DNA of 24,000 bases from Eubacterium barkeri (GTDB lineage Bacteria > Bacillota > Clostridia > Eubacteriales > Eubacteriaceae), in the NCBI RefSeq assembly GCF_900107125.1, contig NZ_FNOU01000016.1, positions 52,163 through 76,162 on the forward strand, given 5' to 3'. The notes beneath the pieces are model-generated. The model did not search any database. It was not told the origin of the DNA and saw nothing but the letters and a program-made list of their open reading frames with translations. The position numbers were made by a program, and so were the translations under genes. Of this stretch, positions 23,637 to 24,000 are shown piece after piece; positions within the stretch are counted from its first letter, which is position 1; the number at the start of each line of letters is the position of its first letter.

Positions 23637-24000
23637 ATGCTGACAATTGAAAACTTATCAAAGACCTATGGTAATAAATCTCAAAAAGCCGTGGACGATT
23701 TGTGTTTTACTGTTCGGGATGGAGAAATTTTTGGATTTGTAGGGCCCAATGGGGCCGGAAAGACCACCACCATTAAGATGATTGCCTCCCTGCTTTCCCC
23801 GGATACCGGACGCATTATCATTGATGGTGTGGATAATCAGCAGGATCCCATGGGGGCAAAGGAAAAATTCAGCTATGTGCCGGATAATCCGGAGCTTTTT
23901 GAAAAAATCCGTGGGAACGAGTATCTGCGATTCATGGCCGATGTTTACAGGGTGCCGGATGGGGAGTTTAAGGAGCGGGCAGCCCGTTACCTGGATATTT
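23637..24000 (+). CDS. ABC transporter ATP-binding protein (N-terminal part; runs off the window)
   Basis: Read by hand because it is not in the ORF track. It begins MLTIENLSKTYGNK...GEIFGFVGPNGAGKTTTIKMIA (Walker A) and stays open to base 24000. GAAAGGA lies upstream of the ATG. Confidence 0.88.
   Translation, partial: MLTIENLSKTYGNKSQKAVDDLCFTVRDGEIFGFVGPNGAGKTTTIKMIASLLSPDTGRIIIDGVDNQQDPMGAKEKFSYVPDNPELFEKIRGNEYLRFMADVYRVPDGEFKERAARYLDI

Noticed and set aside
1-24000. Search for tRNA/rRNA genes, CRISPR arrays, IS elements, integrases and phage or defence genes
   Set aside because: Every ORF of meaningful size was assignable to the families listed. I saw no spaced direct-repeat arrays, no tRNA T-arm-like GGTTCGAATCC strings in intergenic DNA, and no transposase or recombinase motifs.

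Overview
The window looks like chromosomal DNA from a Firmicutes/Clostridia-type genome, judged from gene content, GGAGG-type ribosome-binding sites and TTGACA/TATAAT promoters. All calls come from reading the ORF translations and the DNA by eye; no database search was run. Most of the window is housekeeping. Left block (+ strand unless noted): tail of an FtsX-type ABC permease, degV (-), tex, carD-family regulator, yacL (PIN/TRAM) and an rsmF-like m5C rRNA methyltransferase. Positions 12.2-19.8 kb carry a complete, tightly coupled histidine operon on the minus strand (hisZ-G-D-C-B-H-A-F-IE). After it come a HAD phosphatase, the CCA-adding enzyme and rsmA/ksgA, all overlapping. The accessory part is a ~4.9 kb signalling island (7.3-12.2 kb) bounded by intrinsic terminators. 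It holds an operon of a truncated AgrC-type sensor kinase (sensor plus His box, no ATPase), a LytTR response regulator, and a second kinase-like protein (ATPase, little sensor, degenerate His box). It also holds a convergent full-length, AT-rich AgrC-like kinase and a divergent agrD-agrB pair. The agrD-like gene (52 codons, 11406-11564) is missing from the supplied ORF track. It encodes a typical cyclic-thiolactone autoinducer precursor with predicted core CFFIS, and its stop overlaps the agrB start. At the right end there is a monocistronic orphan EutL-type microcompartment shell gene with its own promoter and terminator, then the start of an ABC ATPase. I saw no tRNA, rRNA, CRISPR array, IS element or phage gene.
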